Shown piece by piece: positions 1 through 8,785 of a DNA stretch of 64,000 nucleotides. A model generated the notes under the pieces. That model was not told the origin of the DNA and did not search any database. It worked only from the letters and a program-made list of their open reading frames with translations. Numbering within the stretch: position 1 is the stretch's first letter; every line of letters begins with the position of its first letter. Made by a program: the position numbers and the translations under genes. Where the stretch lies: IMG/VR virus record IMGVR_UViG_3300020451_002162, positions 27,566 to 91,565 of that record, one strand, 5' to 3'. The stretch is from a virus.

Positions 1-5
1 ATAAT

Positions 6-332
6 ATGGCAGATCCTAATACTTTAGGTCATTTTTTTGAAAACTTTACTACACACATGGCTAGTGTTATAATCGCACTTATTGGTTTCTGGACTACTTT
101 CGTTCGAAATCTAGTCAGCAGAAAAGAAGTAGAAGAAATGATAAATCATCAAAGTCAATACATGAAAGATAGAGAATTTATTATGGCTAGGTTAGAGGAT
201 CATAAAGCAGATAGTGCTACATTATTTAGAGCCCTTAATAAAAATACAGAGGTAATGAGTGAACTTAAAGTTCAGATCGCAATGCTGAGTAAAACTCTCG
301 AAGCATTGGAAAACAGAATAGAAAGAACATAA
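6..332 (+). CDS. Small membrane protein (N-terminal TM + coiled coil), holin/XhlA-like
   Basis: Hydrophobic segment MASVIIALIGFWTTFV followed by a heptad-like C-terminus (LKVQIAMLSKTLEALENRIE). Confidence 0.45.
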   Translation: MADPNTLGHFFENFTTHMASVIIALIGFWTTFVRNLVSRKEVEEMINHQSQYMKDREFIMARLEDHKADSATLFRALNKNTEVMSELKVQIAMLSKTLEALENRIERT

Positions 333-363
333 TTTACAAAACTTTTAGATGGAGATAAAATAA

Positions 364-567
364 ATGGCTACTACAGATGTTGCTTTTTCTAGTGATAATG
401 TTTTTCCTTCAGGCATGCCTAAAAATGGTAGTATGATTTTGCATGCTGGAATTAGAACAGCTAATTATGATGTAGATAATACTTATGCTACATCTGGTAT
501 TACCGATGATCAAATAGAGGTTAAATATTCTGGTCGATTTGATGATCGTGACTATTATTTACAATAG
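364..567 (+). CDS. Hypothetical protein
   Basis: 67-aa ORF with GGAG RBS upstream, co-oriented in the operon. Confidence 0.6.
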   Translation: MATTDVAFSSDNVFPSGMPKNGSMILHAGIRTANYDVDNTYATSGITDDQIEVKYSGRFDDRDYYLQ

Positions 568-585
568 TATTTAAGGTGATTTATT

Positions 586-1065
586 ATGAAAAAATCATAT
601 CAAACAAGCGAATTTTGGTTTACTATCGTTAGTTTTGTTATAAGTGGTTTATTTATAGTAGGCGTAATTACAGAACCAGATACTAAAGACGACCTAATTA
701 GTGTGGGAACTCATGTCGTTGAGAGTATTATTTTATTGGGTGGTCAGTTTATGGTATTTTCTAGATACTTAAACAAAAGGAAAATAGAAAAAATAGAGTT
801 TGAAAAGACCAAGCAAAAAGAACAAGATAATTTACGCAAAGAATTAGAAGATTATGTCGGAGTAGGGAAACAACACGAAATTGTAAATATCAACACAGCA
901 GATTTAGGAGAACTAATACAGCTTCCCCATATAGGACCCCAACTTGCTCAAAAAATTATTGATTTCAGGAAGGATAACAGTTTTAACAATATTAATGAAT
1001 TGATTGAAATAAAAGGTATTGGAGATAGTGTCTTTTCCGATATTAGCAAATATGTCACGGTATGA
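586..1065 (+). CDS. Two-TM membrane protein fused to a ComEA-like helix-hairpin-helix DNA-binding domain
   Basis: N-terminal KSYQTSEFW + 2 TM segments; C-terminal VNINTADLGELIQLPHIGPQLAQKII...FNNINELIEIKGIG is a canonical ComEA HhH pair. Confidence 0.8.
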   Translation: MKKSYQTSEFWFTIVSFVISGLFIVGVITEPDTKDDLISVGTHVVESIILLGGQFMVFSRYLNKRKIEKIEFEKTKQKEQDNLRKELEDYVGVGKQHEIVNINTADLGELIQLPHIGPQLAQKIIDFRKDNSFNNINELIEIKGIGDSVFSDISKYVTV

Positions 1066-1075
1066 GGGTTAAAAT

Positions 1076-1504
1076 ATGAATAGTAAAGAATTAATAGCTA
1101 AAGAATTCGATGTTTTAATTGACAATGTAAAAACTAGCCTAGATAATGTAAAAAGATTTGCTGTTGGTGAAGCGTGGAAAATCCTTCAGGTAGCCACAGC
1201 AAGTCTAATTCAAACCATTGAAAAATTCGGTTCAGATCTAGAAGGTCCAGAAAAAAAGACCATAGCTATGGAATTATTATCTGATTTTTATGATAAAATA
1301 TTTTCAGCTGTTGATATTCCTGTTGTTCCTAATATTTTAGAACCTATTATACATAAGAGTGTCAAGGCATTTTTAATGGTTCTGGTAAGCGCAACAATTG
1401 ATGCGTTAGTCACAACATTTAGAGAGACAGGTATTTTTCTAAAGAAAAAACTAGATGAAAATCCTTATAGTAAAGAAGTTGTAAAAGTTTCCTATGTTCC
1501 ATGA
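1076..1504 (+). CDS. Hypothetical helical protein, possibly membrane-associated
   Basis: ORF with GAGG RBS; amphipathic helices. Confidence 0.6.
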   Translation: MNSKELIAKEFDVLIDNVKTSLDNVKRFAVGEAWKILQVATASLIQTIEKFGSDLEGPEKKTIAMELLSDFYDKIFSAVDIPVVPNILEPIIHKSVKAFLMVLVSATIDALVTTFRETGIFLKKKLDENPYSKEVVKVSYVP

Positions 1505-1516
1505 AAGGGATAGATT

Positions 1517-1900
1517 ATGAATTTTAGCCAAAGTTTTGAGGAATTTAGTAGCAGTTTAGGCCCGATGGATTTGGCTTTATATGCTGGGGTAGGCATAGTT
1601 TTATGGGTCTTGTTTAAAGATAAGCTAAGTCCTGTTCAGAAAATTATAGTAGATTTAGTAAATAAAGCAAAGTCTTCTTTAGGACAAGATGGGAAACCCA
1701 CAGTATCTGTTCCATTGCCAGATAGTATGAAAAATGCTCCTGTGAAGACTCAAAATGTATTTTTTGATTTAGTTGTGTCTTGGAAGCAAACAAGAGACCT
1801 AGCAGAACTTAGCGGTTGTAAGAAAGCAGTTGAAGTAGCTGATCAAATGTTTCCTTACTTAAGTCCAACAATATGTTCGGAGGATAAAGATGCAGAATAA
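1517..1900 (+). CDS. Single-TM membrane protein
   Basis: TM LALYAGVGIVLWVLF. Confidence 0.6.
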   Translation: MNFSQSFEEFSSSLGPMDLALYAGVGIVLWVLFKDKLSPVQKIIVDLVNKAKSSLGQDGKPTVSVPLPDSMKNAPVKTQNVFFDLVVSWKQTRDLAELSGCKKAVEVADQMFPYLSPTICSEDKDAE

Positions 1901-2396
1901 ATTATTATTATTTGTAGGAGTCGTATTAGTATTATTTGGCGTATTTAAGCCCGATTTATCTAATTTGTCTTTGCCTGTAGGTGGTAATACTGTATGCGTA
2001 ACATCTAATCATGTTACAGATGCTCCTGCGAATGAAGTATTGTTAAATAAATCTAGAGCTATTACTGAAGTACTACTTGCTTCTGATGATTCTACTAGAA
2101 AAAGCGATTGTATAAAACTATCCTCTTTATACTGTGATATTGCGACATTAATAGAATTAGACGAAACAGACTTAGTAATTGCTGACACATCAACAATCAG
2201 AGAAGTAAATAGTATTGCTGGTAAGATGTTAAGATTAGATATAAAAGATAAATATCCTAATCTTGCTGAGTTAGCTAAAGATCTTGTTGTGACCAATATA
2301 GGTGACGACGATGTGATTTTAGATAAAGAACTTAGGCTTAAAGCTGTAGAGGCTTTTCGGGCATTAAGCTGGGCATTTTGGGAGGGTAGTAAATAA
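1890..2396 (+). CDS. Exported or membrane-anchored protein
   Basis: N-terminal signal/TM KLLLFVGVVLVLFGVF; GGAGG RBS; TAATG coupling to the next gene. Confidence 0.6.
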   Translation: MQNKLLLFVGVVLVLFGVFKPDLSNLSLPVGGNTVCVTSNHVTDAPANEVLLNKSRAITEVLLASDDSTRKSDCIKLSSLYCDIATLIELDETDLVIADTSTIREVNSIAGKMLRLDIKDKYPNLAELAKDLVVTNIGDDDVILDKELRLKAVEAFRALSWAFWEGSK

Positions 2397-3322
2397 TGCC
2401 AAGAATGACTCCAAAAAATTTATATGACGCTTACAGACAAGGATATAACGGATGTCTGTGGGAAGAACACGTTTTTGCAGAACTAATAGATAGCTCAAGA
2501 TATGGTTATTTTAAAGACGGGGCTAAAAAAATTAAAAATAGCGGAAAAGGTAAACTATCAACTCCTTTTATGTCTGTATTAAAATTTGACAAAAATGCAT
2601 ATATAGAGAGACAAACTACAGGAGATTGTGTGTCTCACGCAACTCGAAACGCATGTGACATAACGAGAGCAGTAGAAATTGACATTAAGGGAGACAAAGA
2701 AAGTTGGATTGCTAGAGGTGCTACTGAAGCTATATATGGATGCAGAGGTCACGGTGGCCAAGGAATGAGCTGTAGTCGTGCAGCTACTTTTGTTACTCAG
2801 TCGGGAGGAATATTAGTTAGAAAAAATTATCCTGGTGTTGCTAACTTTTCTAAATACAATGGCTCTATGGGTGCTAAATGGGGCTCTAGAGGTTTACCAG
2901 ATAAAGTTATAGACAAAGCAGATGATCATCAAGTAAAAACAGCTTCCCTAATAAGAACTGTTGAAGAAGCTAGAGATGCTTTGGCTAATGGGTATGGATT
3001 AAGTGTTTGTAGTAATTATGGATTTTCCAGCAAAAGAGATAGCAAGGGATTCGCTAGAAAAAGTGGGTCCTGGAATCACGCAATGTCCTGGACGGCCTGT
3101 GACGATACTGGTAAAGAACCTGCTTTTCTTATACAAAACAGCTGGGGCAAATTTAATAGCGGAGGGCATCCAGAATGGGGTCCAATTCCTGATGGTTCTT
3201 TTTTAATACATGCTGATGTTGCAGAAGGGATGCTTCGACAAAATGGGGCTTATGCCTTTAGTGATTTTAATGGATTTCCTCCACAGAAACTTCCTGATTA
3301 TGGCTTCGGAGATTATTTATGA
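2396..3322 (+). CDS. Papain-like cysteine peptidase (family C1)
   Basis: QTTGDCVSHA (oxyanion Gln and catalytic Cys), WNHAM (His), LIQNSWG (Asn). Confidence 0.85.
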   Translation: MPRMTPKNLYDAYRQGYNGCLWEEHVFAELIDSSRYGYFKDGAKKIKNSGKGKLSTPFMSVLKFDKNAYIERQTTGDCVSHATRNACDITRAVEIDIKGDKESWIARGATEAIYGCRGHGGQGMSCSRAATFVTQSGGILVRKNYPGVANFSKYNGSMGAKWGSRGLPDKVIDKADDHQVKTASLIRTVEEARDALANGYGLSVCSNYGFSSKRDSKGFARKSGSWNHAMSWTACDDTGKEPAFLIQNSWGKFNSGGHPEWGPIPDGSFLIHADVAEGMLRQNGAYAFSDFNGFPPQKLPDYGFGDYL

Positions 3323-3480
3323 GACTATTAGATAAGATTGCACTTAACAGTTTAATTAAAACCATTACTAGTTTTATATTAGCTATATTAAAAATGTTTG
3401 CCCCAAGTAAATCTGACAGCATAACTCCTAGAGAGAGAAAACGCCCTGTGCTTGACTTTCTTAAAAAATGGATGAAATAA
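3319..3480 (+). CDS. 53-aa cationic amphipathic peptide (missing from the ORF track)
   Basis: ATGA overlap with the protease stop; MRLLDKIALNSLIKTITSFILAILKMFAPSKSDSITPRERKRPVLDFLKKWMK*; fills the gap to the next gene exactly. Confidence 0.7.
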   Translation: MRLLDKIALNSLIKTITSFILAILKMFAPSKSDSITPRERKRPVLDFLKKWMK

Positions 3481-3484
3481 AATT

Positions 3485-3733
3485 ATGAGCAAAATCTTAC
3501 TTAGTGCAATTATTAGCTTGCCTTTAATATTTGGCCAGTTTTTATTTACCAATATAGTCGATCCACCTTCTTATAGCACAACAGCTATTGTTGCTTTGGT
3601 TGGAGCCAAAGTAGCTGCACAAAAAGATGTTGTGAAAAAATACAAAAGAAAAGATTGTCCTGTTTGCAAAGGAAAAGGTTGGTATATTAGTGGTGATGGA
3701 ATAGCTAAAATAAGCTGTCAATACTGCGAGTAG
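3485..3733 (+). CDS. Membrane-anchored protein with a DnaJ-like Zn-finger fragment
   Basis: Hydrophobic N-terminus; CPVCKGKG...CQYC. Confidence 0.6.
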   Translation: MSKILLSAIISLPLIFGQFLFTNIVDPPSYSTTAIVALVGAKVAAQKDVVKKYKRKDCPVCKGKGWYISGDGIAKISCQYCE

Positions 3734-3736
3734 TAC

Positions 3737-3766
3737 GGTGTATTTTATTCTGTAATCACCTATAAT
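3737..3766 (+). promoter_or_regulatory. Putative promoter: GGTGTAT motif, with TATAAT 17 bp downstream
   Basis: GGTGTAT 3737-3743 and TATAAT 3761-3766 in an intergenic gap before the fibre cluster. Confidence 0.45.
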
Positions 3767-3786
3767 ACTTAAGGACTATCTAGATA

Positions 3787-4818
3787 ATGTCAGATATACA
3801 AAAAATAGACACTAGTAAGTCTATAGATCATGGTGGAGTTACCGTTAGGTATCCATTCGGTGAAGGAGAAGGTCGTGACGCTAAGATATCTAGTCAGGAC
3901 ATCAAGACTCAAGCAAATAATTTATTAAATAAATTTAAGCCATTAAGACGGTTTGATTCAAAAACATTCTCATCCCTCTATTCCATGTTAAAAGATAAAA
4001 CTTTAGGGATATATCAATCTGACTTACCGTACCCTAGTACATCTAACTTTACATTAAAATCACAATTAGACTTGGGAATAGGTGTTTTTTCTGTATTTGA
4101 CGAGCATTATATTTTTAGTTATAATAATTATATATATGTGTGTTGTAATAACAATAATATTAAATATATAGATGCTGATTTTAATATATCTGAAATTGAT
4201 ATTGGTTACAGATGGGATCAAATCTTTTTTAAAGACAATGATACTATTTTTACCTTATTAGACAACAAGATTTATCAAATTGATTTAACAAATAATACAA
4301 GCTCTGTTTATGGAACATTAGACAGCGCAATACCATATCCTGTAGACGATATTAAATATGACAACATCAATAACAAATTTATATGTGGGTCAAGCGAAAA
4401 AATATTTATTAGCAACAATAGCTTGACCTTGCTGGCTACCTTGAGCAATACAGTGCAAACTTTATTCAATAACAAAAACGGCACCTTTATAGCATCTAGA
4501 CCTTTAGACGGAAATAATGTTCAAGACAATTTTCAAATAGACTTATCAGATAATTCTATCACAACATTAACAGATAACAAAAACTATTATGAACACATAG
4601 ACTTGTTTTGCAACAATTACACTAAGACTTCCGAAACGGGCAATGTCGAATTATATAGCGGTTCTACTTTACTAGGCACTATATCTCTGTTTGATGATGT
4701 ATTGTCTGTAAATCAATCTACGGACACTATTGTTGTAAGAGAAAATGACAAAAGAAATGTCTATTCTTTAACAAATGCTCTTAATGGTAAACTTTCTAAA
4801 CTTGTGGAGTTAGATTAA
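3787..4818 (+). CDS. Hypothetical protein, possible beta-propeller-like structural protein
   Basis: Asn/Asp/Ile-rich short beta-strand repeats; first gene of the Ig/fibre cluster. Confidence 0.45.
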   Translation: MSDIQKIDTSKSIDHGGVTVRYPFGEGEGRDAKISSQDIKTQANNLLNKFKPLRRFDSKTFSSLYSMLKDKTLGIYQSDLPYPSTSNFTLKSQLDLGIGVFSVFDEHYIFSYNNYIYVCCNNNNIKYIDADFNISEIDIGYRWDQIFFKDNDTIFTLLDNKIYQIDLTNNTSSVYGTLDSAIPYPVDDIKYDNINNKFICGSSEKIFISNNSLTLLATLSNTVQTLFNNKNGTFIASRPLDGNNVQDNFQIDLSDNSITTLTDNKNYYEHIDLFCNNYTKTSETGNVELYSGSTLLGTISLFDDVLSVNQSTDTIVVRENDKRNVYSLTNALNGKLSKLVELD

Positions 4819-5411
4819 TGAGTGTACTTGTTGTAGCACAAAGCGGCGTGTCGATCACCCCAACACCAACACCCAACAGGTCTGCAACCCCTACGCCAAC
4901 ACCAAGTGTTACATCTACTCCAATAGTAGCCACTGTCACCCCAACCGCTACTTCTACAGTAACGCCCACTCCTACTATTACCAAAACACCAACCCCCACA
5001 CCAACAACATCTCCTAGACCAATATCTATACTGACCCATCCTGAGTCCCAAACAATAGATATAGAACAAACACAAAGTGTAATGTTGCGTACAAGTACAG
5101 ATAATAATTCTACTCATTATTATTCTTGGCAATACTCTGACAATGGAGGTTCTGACTGGAATTTTATTACAATAAGTGGTTTATCTGTGCCGTCTAAGGA
5201 ATCTAATCCAACATCCTACTTATTCTTAAATAATCTCACACCCGCTCAACACAATAATCAATACAGATGTCAAATCACCAATGAAGTATTTACTACAGAA
5301 ACAAACGCAGCAACACTTACCATACTGACAGATATCAATATTACAACACAGCCCACAGGCACTACTATTTCAGGTAGTGGAACAGCAACATTTTCTATAG
5401 GTGCAGAATAA
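4818..5411 (+). CDS. Thr-Pro linker + Ig-like domain virion protein; ends with half of a second Ig domain
   Basis: TPTPTP repeats; ILTHP..YSWQYSDNGG..YRC..NAATLTI; terminal ITTQP...TATFSIGAE. Confidence 0.75.
   Translation: MSVLVVAQSGVSITPTPTPNRSATPTPTPSVTSTPIVATVTPTATSTVTPTPTITKTPTPTPTTSPRPISILTHPESQTIDIEQTQSVMLRTSTDNNSTHYYSWQYSDNGGSDWNFITISGLSVPSKESNPTSYLFLNNLTPAQHNNQYRCQITNEVFTTETNAATLTILTDINITTQPTGTTISGSGTATFSIGAE
4855..5015 (+). repeat. Thr-Pro low-complexity coding repeat (linker)
   Basis: Degenerate ACN-CCN repeats encoding TPTPTP. Confidence 0.8.
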
Positions 5412-8400
5412 TGTCAATTAATTATCAATGGCAAGTATCTAAAGACGGAGGAGATAACTACTCCAATATTAATTATACAGGAACTATTTTAAACTTAAGT
5501 GGAATCAAAAGACATCAAGACAATAATCTTTATAGATGTAGAGTCAACAGAGATGGTAGCGCCAAATATAGGTACAGTAATTCCGCTAAACTTACAGTCT
5601 TTCCAGATATATCTCTTGGCAAATTACCCAGTAACATTTCTATAGACGACGGAAATCTTTCGCTAAGTCCGACAGTTTCTGTAGACAATAGTGCTACAAC
5701 TTCTTTTCAATGGCAGTATTCAGATAACGACGGTGATAAGTACTATAACTTACCATCGCAAACAGGATCAGGATTAACTCTTACAGGACTATCTTCCGCC
5801 AATAAAAATTGGCTATATAAATTAAAAGTAAATAGCTACTACTATTCAGGCATTATCAATACAATATTCTCTAATGCCGTCAAAGCCAACATTGATACAA
5901 ATGTGCCAATTATACAAATATGGAGACAACCACAGCATTACTATATAGACACTCAATCTCAAGAAGCGAGAGCAGAATTTGATGTAACTATATCAAGCAC
6001 AGGATTAGATGCAAATGGTATTCCGACTACTTTTTTCGAGTCAAGCGGAATTAGCTACGCTTGGGAACGAACAATAGATAATATTAATTGGGAACCTGTT
6101 GCTACCCATCCTAGTGGACAAAACAAATTATCTGTTTATGATCTAATAAAAGACGAAGAAGCTAGCAGTAAAACAAGTTGGCAGAATTACTATCAGACTA
6201 TTGGTGCTAAGTATAGAGTAAATGCGTCTAAGGATGGACACACCGTTCTCTCAGAAACAGCTTCATTACTCGACAAAATCAATCTTCCAGAAACTACTAA
6301 TTCTGACTATAGCTCCAAAATATATAGTATGAATCACTTTCATATTAGAACCTGTAAAGGTTTGACCTTGGGTCTTTTTAGTAATTGTCCTCAAATTCTA
6401 GAAAATAAAAATAGAAGAATTAATCTTAAACTTTTAAGCTTAGAATCTAATGGCGACAAATATGACTTGGTTCTAAATATGATCAGAGCCCCAGAGAATA
6501 ATGAGACTAAACCTTACAGTATTGCCATAGAAAACGTTTCTTTATTTAAAAACAACATATTACAACAAAACGCTCTAACAAATTTTAATTTATCAGAAAA
6601 CAAAAAAACAGCATTTACTATAAACGAATCCGCCGGAGTGCAATCTTTGTCGAATAATATTTCTGCCGCTGGAGCAGGTATAGATTATGGACAAGGTTAC
6701 TGTATTAATTTGTGTAATCCTCTACACGGTGATAACTTACTTAATAATAACTATAAAAACTTTATTAGTAATTGTATAGCTAGATGTAGTAAGAAAAAAT
6801 ATGGCGCTATCAAAGTAGGTTTTACAACTACAGGTAGTTCGTCTGTAGATACTGATTTATTATCTAAACTCCCAACCGAACTACAAATCCAAAATGGAAA
6901 CGACCGAATTGTAAATCTGAGAATTAGTTATGAAATTATAGGTAGTGCTAGTGCAATATCAAAAAGCACATTAGCCAATGTGGATGTAGTAATATTAAAC
7001 CAAGGATATAATTGGTCTTCTAGACAATTCACCGAAGCAGAGCAGTTAGCTTTAAAATACTATGTAAATGATGGTGGAGGATTAATTACATCAGAATGGG
7101 TTTTATGGAATGCTTATTACGGGAAATTCAATCATTTAAAAGAAGTATTTGCTGCAGAACCTACCAGGTATTACAAAACAGAGAAAGAGGTTCGGTATTA
7201 TCAATATGACAAAGATACTATAGTTAATAACGACATTGAAAAAGACTTTAAATTTAGTCCTACTAATGTTGCTGGAGGAACAGAAACTACTCTAGATTCT
7301 TTTAAATCTAAAGCCCAGCTTTTTTATATTAAAGATCCTTTACCTATAGGAATACGTTTCAAGCAATCAACATTTAATATTTTAGATTTATTCTCCTTCA
7401 CAGCAAAAGAAACCGAAAATACAACATCAGTTTCTTTAGATGGATTTTCAACATTCTTTGAGGGCTCTTTTCATTGGCTAGGAAAAATAGATAAAGACGC
7501 AAAAATTGGAGGTGTTTTATATTGGGTCTATAAATCTCTAATAGAACATTATAGGAAAGCAGAACCTGGTACTACTAAACCTAATTCAGTCTGGTCTTTA
7601 GGAAGACTTTTAGTTGGAGGCACAACAGATGGTATTAATCCTATATTGAAAGAGTATGATTACGAGATATCCGACTTCTTATTTAGTGATAGTCAGCTTC
7701 CTTCAGCGCAAATTTCTCCAGAACAAGAACTCACTCCTAATGATAATTTCTGGAAAGATTTATCCAAACTTTTAGGAGGCCTCAGACCTGTTAATAGTTA
7801 TTATAGAGATCATAGAGAAATTGTTAAAGATAATATCAACATAACAAAGCCTTTAATAGCAGGAACCACAGCAGTTAAACCTGTGTCAGGAGAAGTGTTG
7901 CTGCCTGTATCTGTTGTCAGCTCATCAGATTTACCTATCTCTTTTACTGTTCAGAAAGCTAGTGGAGAATCTTTTAAAGATCTTTTTAGTGGTACTTTTA
8001 ATAATAGTTCTATTTATATTTCAGGTATTGAATCTTCTGATATTGATGATTTGATTGATAGAAGAGTTGTATTTAAAACACCATTAAACGACGAGGGCGA
8101 ATCAACCCAATTATTTAGGTTCCAATCTAGAGGAAAGGGAGGAATATTACGTCGTCCCCCATTAAACAACCAAGCGTACGTTCAAAGATTAAATCATAAT
8201 GGATCAGGACTGTTTAAAAAAACAATCATGCATACTGGAGTAAATGGCATCACATCAGAAGGAAATGCTATTCAATTAGGATCTTCTGGTAATTTAATTA
8301 GTTGGCAATATTCTTATGATGATAAAAATTATTATAATATTCAAAGCGGAGGATCAATATCTGGTACAGATTGCATTCTAGCTCTTAGTAGTGGAGAATA

Positions 8401-8785
8401 TAATAAATTTATTAGATATAAAGCCTACCCTCTTCGTAATAATATAACTTCAAATAGTATAGAACCAACTATTAATTCTGTTTCATATAGTAATTCAAAT
8501 CTTTATGATCCACAAAACGATATATTTTTACATAGACGATACAACAATTATTATACAAGTGGGGGTATATACTATTGCGATCTATATGTGTCTGTAGAAA
8601 ACACTAAAGATACTTTTGTTGTAGAAGATATTACCTGGGAACAGTATAATTCTACTACAAATATATATAGTAGTGTGCCTAACACTTCGGGCAATAATGT
8701 GCTGGTGGCTAGCGGAGTAAAAGTTACTTTATTGGATAATTATCAGTTTAGAGCTAAAATAAACAACAGGATTTTTTACACATGA
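5411..8785 (+). CDS. Multi-Ig-domain virion fibre/decoration protein with an internal GATase/ThuA-like domain
   Basis: Repeated YQWQxSxDGG / FQWQYSDNDG / YAWER / SWQYSYD motifs with YRC/YKL strands; central DVVIL...LKYYVNDGGGLITSEW. Confidence 0.7.
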   Translation: MSINYQWQVSKDGGDNYSNINYTGTILNLSGIKRHQDNNLYRCRVNRDGSAKYRYSNSAKLTVFPDISLGKLPSNISIDDGNLSLSPTVSVDNSATTSFQWQYSDNDGDKYYNLPSQTGSGLTLTGLSSANKNWLYKLKVNSYYYSGIINTIFSNAVKANIDTNVPIIQIWRQPQHYYIDTQSQEARAEFDVTISSTGLDANGIPTTFFESSGISYAWERTIDNINWEPVATHPSGQNKLSVYDLIKDEEASSKTSWQNYYQTIGAKYRVNASKDGHTVLSETASLLDKINLPETTNSDYSSKIYSMNHFHIRTCKGLTLGLFSNCPQILENKNRRINLKLLSLESNGDKYDLVLNMIRAPENNETKPYSIAIENVSLFKNNILQQNALTNFNLSENKKTAFTINESAGVQSLSNNISAAGAGIDYGQGYCINLCNPLHGDNLLNNNYKNFISNCIARCSKKKYGAIKVGFTTTGSSSVDTDLLSKLPTELQIQNGNDRIVNLRISYEIIGSASAISKSTLANVDVVILNQGYNWSSRQFTEAEQLALKYYVNDGGGLITSEWVLWNAYYGKFNHLKEVFAAEPTRYYKTEKEVRYYQYDKDTIVNNDIEKDFKFSPTNVAGGTETTLDSFKSKAQLFYIKDPLPIGIRFKQSTFNILDLFSFTAKETENTTSVSLDGFSTFFEGSFHWLGKIDKDAKIGGVLYWVYKSLIEHYRKAEPGTTKPNSVWSLGRLLVGGTTDGINPILKEYDYEISDFLFSDSQLPSAQISPEQELTPNDNFWKDLSKLLGGLRPVNSYYRDHREIVKDNINITKPLIAGTTAVKPVSGEVLLPVSVVSSSDLPISFTVQKASGESFKDLFSGTFNNSSIYISGIESSDIDDLIDRRVVFKTPLNDEGESTQLFRFQSRGKGGILRRPPLNNQAYVQRLNHNGSGLFKKTIMHTGVNGITSEGNAIQLGSSGNLISWQYSYDDKNYYNIQSGGSISGTDCILALSSGEYNKFIRYKAYPLRNNITSNSIEPTINSVSYSNSNLYDPQNDIFLHRRYNNYYTSGGIYYCDLYVSVENTKDTFVVEDITWEQYNSTTNIYSSVPNTSGNNVLVASGVKVTLLDNYQFRAKINNRIFYT

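Noticed and set aside
3722-3772. TAG readthrough or alternative genetic code
   Set aside because: TAG, TGA and TAA all end well-conserved genes at their expected C-termini (e.g. recA TAG, nrdJ TGA), and long ORFs are intact under code 11.
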